DNA of 64,000 bases from Candidatus Omnitrophota bacterium (GCA_903860135.1 CAIOPG010000007.1:66100-130099); one strand, 5' to 3'. Shown: positions 30,617 to 40,844, counted from the stretch's first letter. Made by a program: numbers and translations. The notes: generated by a model from the letters alone, not told the origin.

Positions 30617-31366
30617 ATGTCAGGTCACTCAAAATGGGCAAAGATCAAGCATAAAAAAGGCATCACCGACGCCAAGCGTGGCGCTGCCTTCACCAAGATC
30701 ACGCGTGAGATCGTGACCGCGGCCAAAGAGGGCGGCGGCGATCCTGATGTGAATCCGCGCCTGCGCACGGCCATGCTCCGCGCGCGCGGTCTGGGCATGC
30801 CTTCCACCAACGTTGACAATGCCATCAAGAAGGGCACGGGCGACATCGAGGGCGTGGTATATGAATCTTTCACGTTTGATGCTTACGCTCCGGGCGGGGT
30901 TGCGGTGTTCATTGAAGGGTTGACGGACAACAAGAACCGTACGACCGCCGAGATCCGTACGATCCTTAACCGCAAGAATGGCGCTTTGGCGTCCCCAGGG
31001 TCTACGGCGTTCATTTTCAGCAAGAAGGGTCTGATCGAAGTGGATGTCAAATCCATCGACGAGTCCGCGCTGATGGATATTATCCTTGAAGCCGGTGCTG
31101 ACGACATGGTAACAGAAGGTGATATTTACTCTATCACAACCGAACCGTCGCGCCTTGAAGCGGTGCGCGTGGTGCTTGAGGGGAAGAAGGTCGTGATGAA
31201 GACCGCCGAAGTCACCATGATCCCGACGACAACCAAGAAGATCGCCGGGGCGGAAGCCAGGGCGGTACTCGCGCTGATCGAAACACTTGAAGATTACGAG
31301 GATGTGCAGAACGTGTACGCTAATTTTGATATTTCTGACGAAGACATGGCGGCGCTGGGCGAATGA
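30617..31366 (+). CDS. yebC: YebC/PmpR family protein
   Basis: MSGHSKWAKIKHKK, TDNKNRT and DVQNVYAN motifs. Confidence 0.96.
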   Translation: MSGHSKWAKIKHKKGITDAKRGAAFTKITREIVTAAKEGGGDPDVNPRLRTAMLRARGLGMPSTNVDNAIKKGTGDIEGVVYESFTFDAYAPGGVAVFIEGLTDNKNRTTAEIRTILNRKNGALASPGSTAFIFSKKGLIEVDVKSIDESALMDIILEAGADDMVTEGDIYSITTEPSRLEAVRVVLEGKKVVMKTAEVTMIPTTTKKIAGAEARAVLALIETLEDYEDVQNVYANFDISDEDMAALGE

Positions 31367-31860
31367 CCCTGGCGCGGCGCGTGATGGGCATTGACCCCGG
31401 GCTGAAAGCCACGGGGTACGGGGTGGTTGAATATCTCCCGCAGGCGCGTCCGCAAACCATTGAAGCCGGGTCGATCGAACCAAAGGCTAAGGCGTCTTTG
31501 GCGGAAAAGCTCTTAAAGATCCATGGGCATCTGACCGATATCATCGACCGGCAGAAGCCCGATATTGTTGTTCTTGAAAAATTGTATTCCCATCACGCGC
31601 ATCCGATGACCGCGGCGGTGATGGGGCACGCGCGCGGTGTGATATGCCTTGTTTGCGCCCAGAAGGCGGTTGAGGTCGTTGAAGAGAGCCCCAAACGCAT
31701 CCGCAAGGCTCTGTCCGGTAACGGGAATGCCTCGAAAGAACAGACCCGCCGCGTGGTTGCCGATTTTCTTAAAATAGATCCGGCAAAGCTGACGCTCGAT
31801 ACGTCCGATGCATTGGCGCTGGCGCTTGGTTATGCCGGGATGATCCGATTTTTACGTTAA
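31363..31860 (+). CDS. ruvC: Holliday junction resolvase RuvC
   Basis: GIDPG...TGYG, ARGV, G.GNASKEQ and D.SDALALA motifs. Confidence 0.95.
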   Translation: MTLARRVMGIDPGLKATGYGVVEYLPQARPQTIEAGSIEPKAKASLAEKLLKIHGHLTDIIDRQKPDIVVLEKLYSHHAHPMTAAVMGHARGVICLVCAQKAVEVVEESPKRIRKALSGNGNASKEQTRRVVADFLKIDPAKLTLDTSDALALALGYAGMIRFLR

Positions 31861-31891
31861 GTGCCGGCGATTGGCCGGCCGGGGAAAGCTC

Positions 31892-32521
31892 ATGATCTCC
31901 CGCCTCACAGGAAAGATCGTTGAACGCAAGGACAATGCCGTTATTCTCGACGCCAATGGGCTTGGGTATGAGGTGTTCGTCCCGGCATCGGTCTTCCAGC
32001 GCTTGGACACCTTGGCGTTGCACGATGGCACCATCACCCTGGTGACGTACCATTATTTTTTGATGACGCCAAGTTCCGCCACACCTGTTCTCGTGGGTTT
32101 TCTAAACGATCTTGAAAAAGAATTTTTCCTGCAATTCATTTCAGTTTCAGGCATCGGTCCCAAGGCCGCGGTGCGGGCACTCAATTGTTCGATTGCCCGG
32201 ATCGCAGAGGCCATTGATGCCGGAGACACTGCATTTTTAAAGACATTGCCGGGTATCGGCCAGCAGAAAGCCCGCGACATTATCGCGAAACTTCAAGGGC
32301 GGGTCGGCCGTTTTGCCTTGATCCCTGACCAGAAGGTTAAGCCCTCGGCGGTGCCCGAAGCCGGGGCCTTGAAAGAAGAGGCGCTGGCCGTGCTGGTGCA
32401 GTTACAGTACAAGAAGCCGGAAGCCCTTGATATGATCAACCGCGTCATGGCGCGCAAAAGTACGATCGCCACCGTTGAGGAATTGCTCAACGCAATATAT
32501 GCAGGGTCGGCCAAGGGATGA
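31892..32521 (+). CDS. ruvA: Holliday junction branch migration protein RuvA
   Basis: MISRLTG, GLGYEV, and the HhH motifs VSGIGPKAA and LPGIG. Confidence 0.94.
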   Translation: MISRLTGKIVERKDNAVILDANGLGYEVFVPASVFQRLDTLALHDGTITLVTYHYFLMTPSSATPVLVGFLNDLEKEFFLQFISVSGIGPKAAVRALNCSIARIAEAIDAGDTAFLKTLPGIGQQKARDIIAKLQGRVGRFALIPDQKVKPSAVPEAGALKEEALAVLVQLQYKKPEALDMINRVMARKSTIATVEELLNAIYAGSAKG

Positions 32522-33228
32522 GTATGGATCAGCCATCAGGGGATCATTTGAAAGGTGCGGTAGAGGCGTTGCTCTTTGTGAGCGACAAGCCAGTGTCATT
32601 GGAACAGCTGCGGCTGGCCGTGGCTGGTTCTTTGCCTGACGATATCAAGGCGGTCCTGGCACAGCTTAAAGGTGATTATGACAACAGCCCGCGCGGCATG
32701 AGCCTTGTTGAGATCGCCGGAGGCTGGCAGTTGCTTTCGAGCCCTGCGTTTGCCGAATACATCCGGGAATTTTACAAGACGCGCCATAAGGAAAAGCTGT
32801 CGCGCGCAGGGCTTGAGGTTTTGGCGATCATTGCGTATAAACAGCCGGTGTCGCGCACCGATGTGGAGGTTGTCCGTGGGGTTAATTCCGACGGAACAGT
32901 GGCGCATCTTTTAAATAAGGGGCTGATCAAGATCGCGGGGCGCAAGGAAGTGCCCGGACGGCCTTATGTTTACGGCACAACCGCGCAGTTCTTGGATTTC
33001 TTTGGTTTACGGTCGCTCGAGGATTTGCCGCGCCTCGAAGAATTTGCGTCGCTGGTCGAGGGCAAGGCCAGCGTTCAGGAAGTTGGGACGCCGGCGCCCG
33101 AAGAGGCCATGCTACCACCGGAGACTGAACTGCTGGGAGAAGCCAGTGGCCAGGCGCGGTTGATGGGAACGGATATTACGCCAGAAGGGGGCGGGAATGG
33201 ACCTGAAACAACTTCGCCAGAAAATTGA
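32518..33228 (+). CDS. scpB: SMC-Scp complex subunit ScpB
   Basis: EALLF, LS...LEVLAIIAYKQP, RGV and GRP..YGTT..FLDFFGL motifs. Confidence 0.96.
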   Translation: MSMDQPSGDHLKGAVEALLFVSDKPVSLEQLRLAVAGSLPDDIKAVLAQLKGDYDNSPRGMSLVEIAGGWQLLSSPAFAEYIREFYKTRHKEKLSRAGLEVLAIIAYKQPVSRTDVEVVRGVNSDGTVAHLLNKGLIKIAGRKEVPGRPYVYGTTAQFLDFFGLRSLEDLPRLEEFASLVEGKASVQEVGTPAPEEAMLPPETELLGEASGQARLMGTDITPEGGGNGPETTSPEN

Positions 33229-34264
33229 CGGAATCGACGCCAGGCTTGTGGACCTCCTGAACGAGCGGGCGCGGGCATCGCTGGAGGTCGGCAAGGTCAA
33301 GGTTAAGACGGGCAAGGGCATTTACGCGCCCCAGCGGGAACGTCAGGTCCTTGACGGGGTGCGGGCGCTGAACAAAGGTCCGATGGACAATGCGGCCTTT
33401 GAGGCCATTTACCGCGAGATCATGTCAGCCTCCCTGTCTTTGGAAAAGCCGCTCTGCATTGGGTACCTCGGCGCGGAAGGGTCGAATTCCCACTCGGCGG
33501 CGCTGAAGAAATTCGGGGCACAGCTGAATTATGCCGGGTGCGCGAGCATCGCGGAGGTGTTTCGCCGCGTCGAGCAGGGTAGCTGTGATTACGGGGTTGT
33601 GCCGATCGAGAATTCAGTCGAGGGTGTTGTTACGCCGACAGCGGATCTTTTGGCCGAATCCCAGCTGCAGGTTTGTGCCCAGATGATGATGAAGATATCC
33701 TACGCGCTGCTGGCCAAAGGTTCTTTTAGCAAGATCAGGAAAGTCTATTCCAATCCCCAGGTCTTTGCCCAGTGCCGCGACTGGCTGGCCGTGCATTTGC
33801 CGCCGGCGAGCGTGTGCCAGATCAGTACGGCGTCGACGACGGATGCGGCAAAGATAGCGGCGTCAGAAACGAATGCGGCCGCATTGGCACCGGTGGAATG
33901 TGCGCCTGTTTACGGCCTGACAGCCTTGCGCGAGCAGGTGCAGGACATCGCGCACAATTCGACGCGGTTCTTTGTGATCGGTCCTGAAGATGCCCTCCCG
34001 ACAGGCGATGACCGCACGTCGATCGTTTTCTCGATCAAGGACAGGGTGGGGGTGCTTCATTCCATCCTTGCGCCTTTTGCCGCAAGGGCCATCAGCCTGA
34101 CGCGCATCGAGTCCCGGCCGATCAAGAAAAAGGCTTGGGATTATTATTTCTTTGTTGATTTCAAGGGGCATCGTCAGGACAAGAAGGTGCAGGAAGCCCT
34201 TCATGAAGTCGAGAACATGTGTAAATTCCTGAAAATACTGGGCTCTTATCCTGAGGCGGCATGA
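33197..34264 (+). CDS. pheA: Chorismate mutase / prephenate dehydratase
   Basis: LRQKID chorismate mutase domain, VPIENS, TRF, and ACT domain LTRIESRP. Confidence 0.95.
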   Translation: MDLKQLRQKIDGIDARLVDLLNERARASLEVGKVKVKTGKGIYAPQRERQVLDGVRALNKGPMDNAAFEAIYREIMSASLSLEKPLCIGYLGAEGSNSHSAALKKFGAQLNYAGCASIAEVFRRVEQGSCDYGVVPIENSVEGVVTPTADLLAESQLQVCAQMMMKISYALLAKGSFSKIRKVYSNPQVFAQCRDWLAVHLPPASVCQISTASTTDAAKIAASETNAAALAPVECAPVYGLTALREQVQDIAHNSTRFFVIGPEDALPTGDDRTSIVFSIKDRVGVLHSILAPFAARAISLTRIESRPIKKKAWDYYFFVDFKGHRQDKKVQEALHEVENMCKFLKILGSYPEAA

Positions 34265-35355
34265 AAACCAACAAGCATATCCTGAAGGTCAAGCCCTATG
34301 TCGGTGGCAAGCCGATCGCGGAAGTGCGCCGGGCTTTCGGATTAAAGCGTGTTATCAAGCTGGCCTCGAATGAAAATCCGTTTCCGCCATCACCTAAGGT
34401 TTTGAAGGCGATCACGTCAGCGGTCGGAGATGTGAACCGCTATCCCGACGGCTCTTGTTACGACCTGCGTCAGGCATTGGCTAGGAAGCATAAGGTTTCG
34501 CCCGAGCAGCTTGTTTTTGGCTGCGGGTCCGATGAGATCATTGTGATGGCTTTGCGGGCATTTTCCAATGAAGGCGACGAGGTTGTCATGGCCAAACCGT
34601 CTTTCATGGTTTATTCGATCGCCGCGACGGCCGCTGGTGCCCGCTGCGTCGAGGTGCCGCTCAAGGGGCTGGATTACGACATCGCCGCGATGAAGCGGGC
34701 GGTGACACCAAAAACCCGGCTTGTTTTTATCGGCAACCCGGACAATCCGGCGGGGACATTTTCTCCGCGTGCCGATATTCTGGCATTCATGAAGGGGCTT
34801 TCCAAAGACGTTCTCGTTTTCTTTGACGAGGCCTACTTTGAGTTTGCCAGGGATGAAAAAGATTATCTGGATGCGATGGCTCTTTTGCAGGCATACCCTA
34901 ATATCATTGTGGCGCGGACTTTTTCGAAGCTTTTTGGTCTGGCGGGCTTGCGCATCGGCTACGCGGTGGCCAGTCCGGCGGTGGCTGATATTCTAAACCG
35001 TGCCCGCGAGCCTTTTAATGTTACGTCGATCGCCCAGGCCGCGGCCCTTGCCGCCTTGAAAGATGAGGCGTATTATGAAAATATCCTTACGATCCTCAAG
35101 CACGAGCGCGCCGTTTTGTGCGCAGGGCTTGAGAGGCTGGGACTTTCTTACAGCCGGGGGGCTACCAATTTTATCCAGGTCCGTCTTGCCGTATCGGGTG
35201 CTGACATGGCCTTGCGCTTGATGAAGAAAGGCGTGATCGTGCGCGATATGGGGTCATGGGGGTTCAAGGATCAGATCCGGGTGACGGTCGGAACGCCCGC
35301 TGAAAATAGGAAGTTCTTAAAGGTGTTAAAAGACAATTTACAGGGAGATCAATGA
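34261..35355 (+). CDS. hisC: Histidinol-phosphate aminotransferase
   Basis: KLASNENP, RYPD, DEAY and RTFSKLFGLAGLRIGY motifs. Confidence 0.95.
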   Translation: MKTNKHILKVKPYVGGKPIAEVRRAFGLKRVIKLASNENPFPPSPKVLKAITSAVGDVNRYPDGSCYDLRQALARKHKVSPEQLVFGCGSDEIIVMALRAFSNEGDEVVMAKPSFMVYSIAATAAGARCVEVPLKGLDYDIAAMKRAVTPKTRLVFIGNPDNPAGTFSPRADILAFMKGLSKDVLVFFDEAYFEFARDEKDYLDAMALLQAYPNIIVARTFSKLFGLAGLRIGYAVASPAVADILNRAREPFNVTSIAQAAALAALKDEAYYENILTILKHERAVLCAGLERLGLSYSRGATNFIQVRLAVSGADMALRLMKKGVIVRDMGSWGFKDQIRVTVGTPAENRKFLKVLKDNLQGDQ

Positions 35356-36215
35356 TGTTTCACAGGCACATGTTTAGGAAAGCGGTTATCCTGGGAACGG
35401 GCATGATCGGCGGATCCGTGGCGCTGGCGCTGCGAAAGCACGGGCTGGCCGGCCAGATCGTCGGCACGTCGCGTCAGGAAGCTTCATTGCAGAAAGCCCT
35501 GGACATGAAGGTCATCGACGAGGGGACGACTGATATCCGCAAGGCTATTCAGGGTGCGGATCTCGTTATCCTCGCCGCTCCGGTCAAGGTCATCCTCGAG
35601 CACATCGGGGATATTTCCAAGCATTTGCGCCGGGGGTGTGTGGTGACGGATGTGGGCAGTTCCAAGGCCGCGATCGTCGAGGCCGCCCAGAAGCATTTTC
35701 CGCCGCATGTTTTATTTGCCGGTGCCCATCCCATGGCCGGTTCTGAGAAAAGCGGGGTGGCGCAGGCCAATGGCGATCTTTTCAAAGGGACGACCTGCAT
35801 TATGACGCCGACGGACAAAACCAACCGTGCCGCCGTGGACAAGGTCAAGCAGTTGTGGACTATCCTGGGTGCCAATGTCAAGGTCATGGAACCCCTTGCG
35901 CATGACGAGGCACTGGCGTATGCCAGCCACTTGCCGCACATGATGGCCTTTGCGCTGGTGCGTGCTATTCCCGAAGATTTTCTTCAATACGGTGCTGCCG
36001 GCTTGATGGACACAACCCGTGTGGCCGGATCATCGGGCCAGATGTGGGCCGATGTGTGTTCGTCGAATTACCGACAAGTTATCAAAGCCATTGATGAGGC
36101 GGTTAAATCCATGTCGGAGATCCGTAAAGCCATCGTTGACCGTGATGAGGCGGCGATGATCCAGATGTTCAACCAGGCTAAAGCCAAGCGTGAAATACTG
36201 GAGAAGAAAAAATAA
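35352..36215 (+). CDS. tyrA: Prephenate/arogenate dehydrogenase
   Basis: GTGMIGGS, TDVGSSK, HPMAGSE, HD...A..SHLPH and DTTRVA motifs. Confidence 0.92.
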   Translation: MMFHRHMFRKAVILGTGMIGGSVALALRKHGLAGQIVGTSRQEASLQKALDMKVIDEGTTDIRKAIQGADLVILAAPVKVILEHIGDISKHLRRGCVVTDVGSSKAAIVEAAQKHFPPHVLFAGAHPMAGSEKSGVAQANGDLFKGTTCIMTPTDKTNRAAVDKVKQLWTILGANVKVMEPLAHDEALAYASHLPHMMAFALVRAIPEDFLQYGAAGLMDTTRVAGSSGQMWADVCSSNYRQVIKAIDEAVKSMSEIRKAIVDRDEAAMIQMFNQAKAKREILEKKK

Positions 36216-36913
36216 TGTCTGATTTTGTTGTCACCATAGACGGGCCCGCCGGCGCGGGCAAGAGCACGGTTGCCAGGGTTCTGGCCCAGAAACTGGGGGT
36301 GGCCTTCATGGATACCGGGGCGATGTACCGTGCGCTCACGCTCAAGGCCTTGCGCTTGGGGGTGAAGCTTGACGATGAGTCAGCCTTGATAGCACTGGCG
36401 CGCACTTCGGTGATCGACCTTGTGAGTGAACCAGGCAAACGGCCCCAGGTTTTTCTTGACGGTGAGGATGTGTCCGAGGCGATCCGTTCCTTGGAAGTTA
36501 CCAACAATACTTTCTACGCGGCCCGTGCGCCGGGGGTGCGTCATATCATGGTGGAATGGCAACGTCTGCTCGGTGCCAGGCGGTCGATGGTGGGCGACGG
36601 GCGCGACCTCGGGACGGTGGTGTTCCCGGGAGCTAGGTACAAATTTTATCTGGATGCTGATTTCAATGTCCGTTGTCAGCGCCGCATTGATGAGCTGAAG
36701 GCCAAGGGTCTTCCGGTCGATGAGGCATCGCTGCGCAAGGATGTGGCGGAACGCGACCACAAGGACAAGACACGTTCGGTTGGCCCGTTAAAGCCGGCCG
36801 AGGGGGCCGTCATCATTGATTCGACGGCCATGTCGATCGAGGCTGTTGTGGCTGTCCTTTACCATCATATCACCGGTAACGCTGACGGATCGTTGCCGCA
36901 AGGACGCGCCTAG
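36215..36913 (+). CDS. cmk: Cytidylate kinase
   Basis: IDGPAGAGKST, DTGAMYRA and DGRDLGTVVFP motifs. Confidence 0.96.
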   Translation: MSDFVVTIDGPAGAGKSTVARVLAQKLGVAFMDTGAMYRALTLKALRLGVKLDDESALIALARTSVIDLVSEPGKRPQVFLDGEDVSEAIRSLEVTNNTFYAARAPGVRHIMVEWQRLLGARRSMVGDGRDLGTVVFPGARYKFYLDADFNVRCQRRIDELKAKGLPVDEASLRKDVAERDHKDKTRSVGPLKPAEGAVIIDSTAMSIEAVVAVLYHHITGNADGSLPQGRA

Positions 36914-36914
36914 A

Positions 36915-38705
36915 ATGGAACAATCACAGATACGCAACTTTTCGATCATCGCGCACATTGACCACGGCAAATCAACGCTCGCCGACCGACTGATGCTCGC
37001 CTGCGGGGCTATTGACGAACGCAGTTTTAAGAATCAGCTCCTCGATGATATGGACCTCGAGCGCGAGCGTGGCATTACGATCAAGGCCTCGGCTGTCCGC
37101 TTGACCTATAAGGCCAAGGATGGCCATGAATACCTCTTTAACCTGATCGATACGCCGGGCCACGTTGATTTTACCTACGAGGTAGAAAAATCCCTCAAGG
37201 CCTGCGAAGGGGCCCTGCTGATTATCGATGCGTCGCAGGGGGTCGAATCCCAGACGGTGGCTAATTATTATCTGGCTATCAATAACAACCTTGAGATATT
37301 GCCGGTCATCAACAAGATCGATATCGCCAACATTGACCTTAACGAGGCGGTACGTCAGTTCAAGGAAGTGCTCGGGTTTCGCGAAGATGATATCCAGAAA
37401 GTTTCCGCTAAAGAAGGCCTCTTCATCAACGAATTGCTGGAGAAGATCGTTGCCTTCATCCCCGCGCCTTACGGCGAAGTGAACAAGCCGTTGAAAGCGC
37501 TTATTTTTGACATGAAATACGATGTGTACAAGGGCATCATTATTTTTATCCGTGTCATAGACGGCAAGGTCGGCATCGGCACGCGCATCCGCCTCATGCA
37601 CATGAACCGCGAGTATACGGTCGAGGGTATGGGGTATTTTACGCCTTTTGATGTCAAGACCAAGGGGTTTGGTGCCGGCGAGGTTGGTTATATCACCTGC
37701 AATGTGCGCGACCCCAAGGAAGTGCGTGTGGGAGATACCATCACCGAAGCGTTGAATCCCTGCGATGCGCCGCTCGAAGGTTACCGCATCCTCAAGCCGC
37801 TGGTTTTCTGTGGCGTATATCCTGTGACCGCCGACCAGTACATGGAACTGCGCGAGGCCATTGACAAATTGCGCCTCAGCGACCCGAGCTTCACCTATGA
37901 ACCGGAAACATCACAGTCTTTCGGCCACGGGTTCCGTTGCGGTTTTCTGGGTCTGTTGCACATGGAAGTGGTCCAGGAACGCTTGGAGCGCGAGTATAAT
38001 TTGAGCCTTGTGCTGACAACGCCTAACGTTGGGTACCGTTATGTCACCAAAGGCGGGGTGATGACCGACATTGAAAATCCATCTCAGCTGCCGGGCCCGA
38101 GCGACGTCAAGTCTGTCGAAGAGCCTTATCTCAAAGTGGCGGTCATGACCCCGGTCAGCAGCATGGACGCGGTCATGGAATTATCCAAACGCAAGCGCGG
38201 CATTTTCATCAAGAGCGAATACATTTCCGATCGTATGCGCATCATTTACGATATTCCGCTCGCCGAGGTGATTGTGGATTTCAATGACATGGTGAAGTCC
38301 GCCACGCGCGGCTACGGGTCGATCGATTATGAATTCACCGGTTATAAGCCGGCACCCATTGCCAAGCTTGATATTTTGATCAACGACGAGGCGTGTGATG
38401 CCTTTGCCTGCCTGGTTCATAAGGATCGTGCCTATGAAAAAGGTGCCGCGCTGTGCGAAAAACTGAAAGAACTTATCCCGGCCCAGCTTTTTGAGATCCG
38501 CATCCAGGCGACGTGTGACGGGCGTATTATTGCGTCCTCGCGCATCAAATCCATGGGCAAGAATGTGACCGCCAAGTGTTACGGCGGCGACATTTCGCGC
38601 AAGCGCAAGCTCTGGGAGAAGCAGAAGGAAGGCAAGAAGAAGATGAAATCTATCGGCCGTGTTGAAGTGCCGCAGGCCGCGTTTCTGGCGGCATTAAAGA
38701 TCTAA
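36915..38705 (+). CDS. lepA: Elongation factor 4
   Basis: IRNFSIIAHIDHGKSTL, GFRCGFLGLLH and AKCYGGD motifs. Confidence 0.98.
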   Translation: MEQSQIRNFSIIAHIDHGKSTLADRLMLACGAIDERSFKNQLLDDMDLERERGITIKASAVRLTYKAKDGHEYLFNLIDTPGHVDFTYEVEKSLKACEGALLIIDASQGVESQTVANYYLAINNNLEILPVINKIDIANIDLNEAVRQFKEVLGFREDDIQKVSAKEGLFINELLEKIVAFIPAPYGEVNKPLKALIFDMKYDVYKGIIIFIRVIDGKVGIGTRIRLMHMNREYTVEGMGYFTPFDVKTKGFGAGEVGYITCNVRDPKEVRVGDTITEALNPCDAPLEGYRILKPLVFCGVYPVTADQYMELREAIDKLRLSDPSFTYEPETSQSFGHGFRCGFLGLLHMEVVQERLEREYNLSLVLTTPNVGYRYVTKGGVMTDIENPSQLPGPSDVKSVEEPYLKVAVMTPVSSMDAVMELSKRKRGIFIKSEYISDRMRIIYDIPLAEVIVDFNDMVKSATRGYGSIDYEFTGYKPAPIAKLDILINDEACDAFACLVHKDRAYEKGAALCEKLKELIPAQLFEIRIQATCDGRIIASSRIKSMGKNVTAKCYGGDISRKRKLWEKQKEGKKKMKSIGRVEVPQAAFLAALKI

Positions 38706-38725
38706 TACAGATTAAAGGAGTTGAT

Positions 38726-39316
38726 ATGTTAAAGGCATTGCTGACGGAACAAAATAAAAAGATTGCCTGGGAGTGGATTGAATCCCTGGTGGTGGCTTTT
38801 ATCCTGGCCATGGCGATCCGGTCTTTTCTGATCCAGCCATTCAAGATACCGTCAGGTTCCATGCGCATGACACTCGTCGAAGGGGATCGGCTTTTTGTGA
38901 GCAAACTCACCTATGGGCCGCTGGTGCCGTTGACCACTTACCGACTGCCCGGCTTTTCAACACCCCGGCGCGGGGATGTCATTGTTTTCAAATATCCTGT
39001 CCAGCGCAACAAGGATTTCATCAAGCGTCTGATCGCTTTCGGCGGAGAGACGGTCGAGATCAAAGACGGCCTTGTTTATATTAATGACAAGCCTGTGTCC
39101 GAGGAGTCGATCCGCGGGATCCACTATTACAATTATGGTGAATATGCCAAACCGGGTCAAAAGATAACAGTTCCGGCAGGTTATTATTTTGTCATGGGAG
39201 ATAACAGTGCGTCAAGCCACGACAGCCGTTACTGGGGGTTTGTGCCGGCAGAACTTGTGGTAGGCAAGGCCGAGGTTATATTTTGGCCTTTGAACCGGAT
39301 CAAATGGATCAGATGA
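38726..39316 (+). CDS. lepB: Signal peptidase I
   Basis: IPSGSM, FIKRL and GDN...S.DSRYWG motifs. Confidence 0.96.
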   Translation: MLKALLTEQNKKIAWEWIESLVVAFILAMAIRSFLIQPFKIPSGSMRMTLVEGDRLFVSKLTYGPLVPLTTYRLPGFSTPRRGDVIVFKYPVQRNKDFIKRLIAFGGETVEIKDGLVYINDKPVSEESIRGIHYYNYGEYAKPGQKITVPAGYYFVMGDNSASSHDSRYWGFVPAELVVGKAEVIFWPLNRIKWIR

Positions 39317-39567
39317 AGACGCTGTATTTTTCAGGTGCGATGGTGTGCCTGCTGGCGGCTGGATGTGCGGCCGGCGGTACCGCGCCTTCAACTACCCGTT
39401 CGGATAGCATCGCAGCACAGATCGAGGCGGCCAAGAAGGTTACGGGTGCCATGGCGCCGGCCAAGACTCCGGCTGAAAAATATTCGCCGGTTACAGGGCG
39501 CCATTACAGCGGGGCGCTTGAATTTGAACCGGGCACGGGGGTAAAACTTGTGCCTGTCGAGGAGTAG
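39313..39567 (+). CDS. Small hypothetical lipoprotein
   Basis: Lipobox LAAGC; ATGA overlap with lepB; fills the gap to pgsA. Confidence 0.7.
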   Translation: MKTLYFSGAMVCLLAAGCAAGGTAPSTTRSDSIAAQIEAAKKVTGAMAPAKTPAEKYSPVTGRHYSGALEFEPGTGVKLVPVEE

Positions 39568-39569
39568 GG

Positions 39570-40142
39570 ATGGGGTTGACGCTTGCCAATAAGATCACAG
39601 TGGCGCGCATTGTGGCGGTTCCGGTTTTTGTCGGACTGATGCTCTATGCCACGCCGGCACGCCCTGAGTTTCACTGGGCCGCTCTGGTTGTTTATCTGCT
39701 GGCAGAGATCTCGGATGTTGCCGACGGGTATATTGCCCGCCATTACCGTCAAAAGACGCTTGCTGGTTCGATCCTTGATCCTCTGGCCGACAAAATGCTT
39801 TTTATCAGTGCGCTGTTATGCCTGTATCGCCAGGGGGAGCTCTTCAACTGGGCGGTCCAATTGCCGCTCTGGCTTGTTGTAGCGTTCATCGCGCGCGATG
39901 TTATCCTGGTATTGGGTGCATTGCTCCTTCAGATCCATGCCGGGGTGGTTGAAATTAAGCCGAATATCTGGGGCAAGCTGACGGCCTGTTTTCAGGCGGT
40001 GTGCGTCGTTGTTGTCTTTTTGCAATGGCCCATTGCCTTGTGGCTGTGGTGGACCGCGCTGGCGGTGACCGTTGCCTCGGGGATGATCTATATACATGAA
40101 GGTATCAGGAGTCTTAATAATGGACGTCATGACAATCGTTAG
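39570..40142 (+). CDS. pgsA: CDP-alcohol phosphatidyltransferase (PgsA-like)
   Basis: ANKIT.AR and D..DGYIAR......G..LDPLADK motifs. Confidence 0.9.
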   Translation: MGLTLANKITVARIVAVPVFVGLMLYATPARPEFHWAALVVYLLAEISDVADGYIARHYRQKTLAGSILDPLADKMLFISALLCLYRQGELFNWAVQLPLWLVVAFIARDVILVLGALLLQIHAGVVEIKPNIWGKLTACFQAVCVVVVFLQWPIALWLWWTALAVTVASGMIYIHEGIRSLNNGRHDNR

Positions 40143-40764
40143 TTTGATCGGCACCGCGGTGTTGAGTTATTTGATGGGTGCTATCCCTACAGCTTACATT
40201 TTTGGCAGGGTGCTCAAAGGCATCGATATCCGCACACAGGGTTCGGGGAATGTGGGGGCGACCAATGCCTTTCGCATCCTGGGCAAGGGGCCGGGGACGG
40301 CGGTGCTGGTCATTGATATTTTAAAGGGTGCTATCGCCGTGGCGGTTGTGGCTGGTTATTTGTCGCCGGACACGACCGGGCGTATTGTTGCTGCTGTGGC
40401 GGCTGTGTGCGGGCATAACTGGACCTGTTTTTTGAACTTTAAGGGTGGCAAGGGTATTGCCACCACCCTAGGGGTGCTCATCGGATTCACGGTGGCGATC
40501 CCTGAAACGCGCGGTGCGGTGGGTCTGTGCGTTCTGACGTGGGTGGTATCTTTTCTTATGACGGCGATCGTTTCTGTTTCTTCGCTTGTGACCGCTGTGG
40601 TACTGCCGATCTTCATGCTTGTCTTCGGTGCGCCCTTAGCTTTGGTTGTGTTAAGTATTCTTTTTTGTTTCTTTGTTGTCTTGCGTCACCGCCCTAATAT
40701 CCAACGCCTCCTTAATGGTCAGGAAGCTAAGGTTTCTTTCCTCTGGCATTCCAAGAAGCAATAA
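40120..40764 (+). CDS. plsY: Glycerol-3-phosphate acyltransferase PlsY
   Basis: GSGNVGATN, DILKG, GH...F..FKGGKGIAT and RHRPNI.RL motifs. Confidence 0.96.
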   Translation: MDVMTIVSLIGTAVLSYLMGAIPTAYIFGRVLKGIDIRTQGSGNVGATNAFRILGKGPGTAVLVIDILKGAIAVAVVAGYLSPDTTGRIVAAVAAVCGHNWTCFLNFKGGKGIATTLGVLIGFTVAIPETRGAVGLCVLTWVVSFLMTAIVSVSSLVTAVVLPIFMLVFGAPLALVVLSILFCFFVVLRHRPNIQRLLNGQEAKVSFLWHSKKQ

Positions 40765-40786
40765 CCATCGTTCAGCCACGGCATTA

Positions 40787-40824
40787 AAAGACCCCGTGAC
40801 AGACAGGCTGTCAACGGGGTCTTT
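40787..40824. terminator. Bidirectional terminator between convergent genes
   Basis: Stem AAAGACCCCG-TGACAG / CTGTCA-A-CGGGGTCTTT. Confidence 0.75.
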
Positions 40825-40844
40825 GACCGATGGTATGGATGAAC

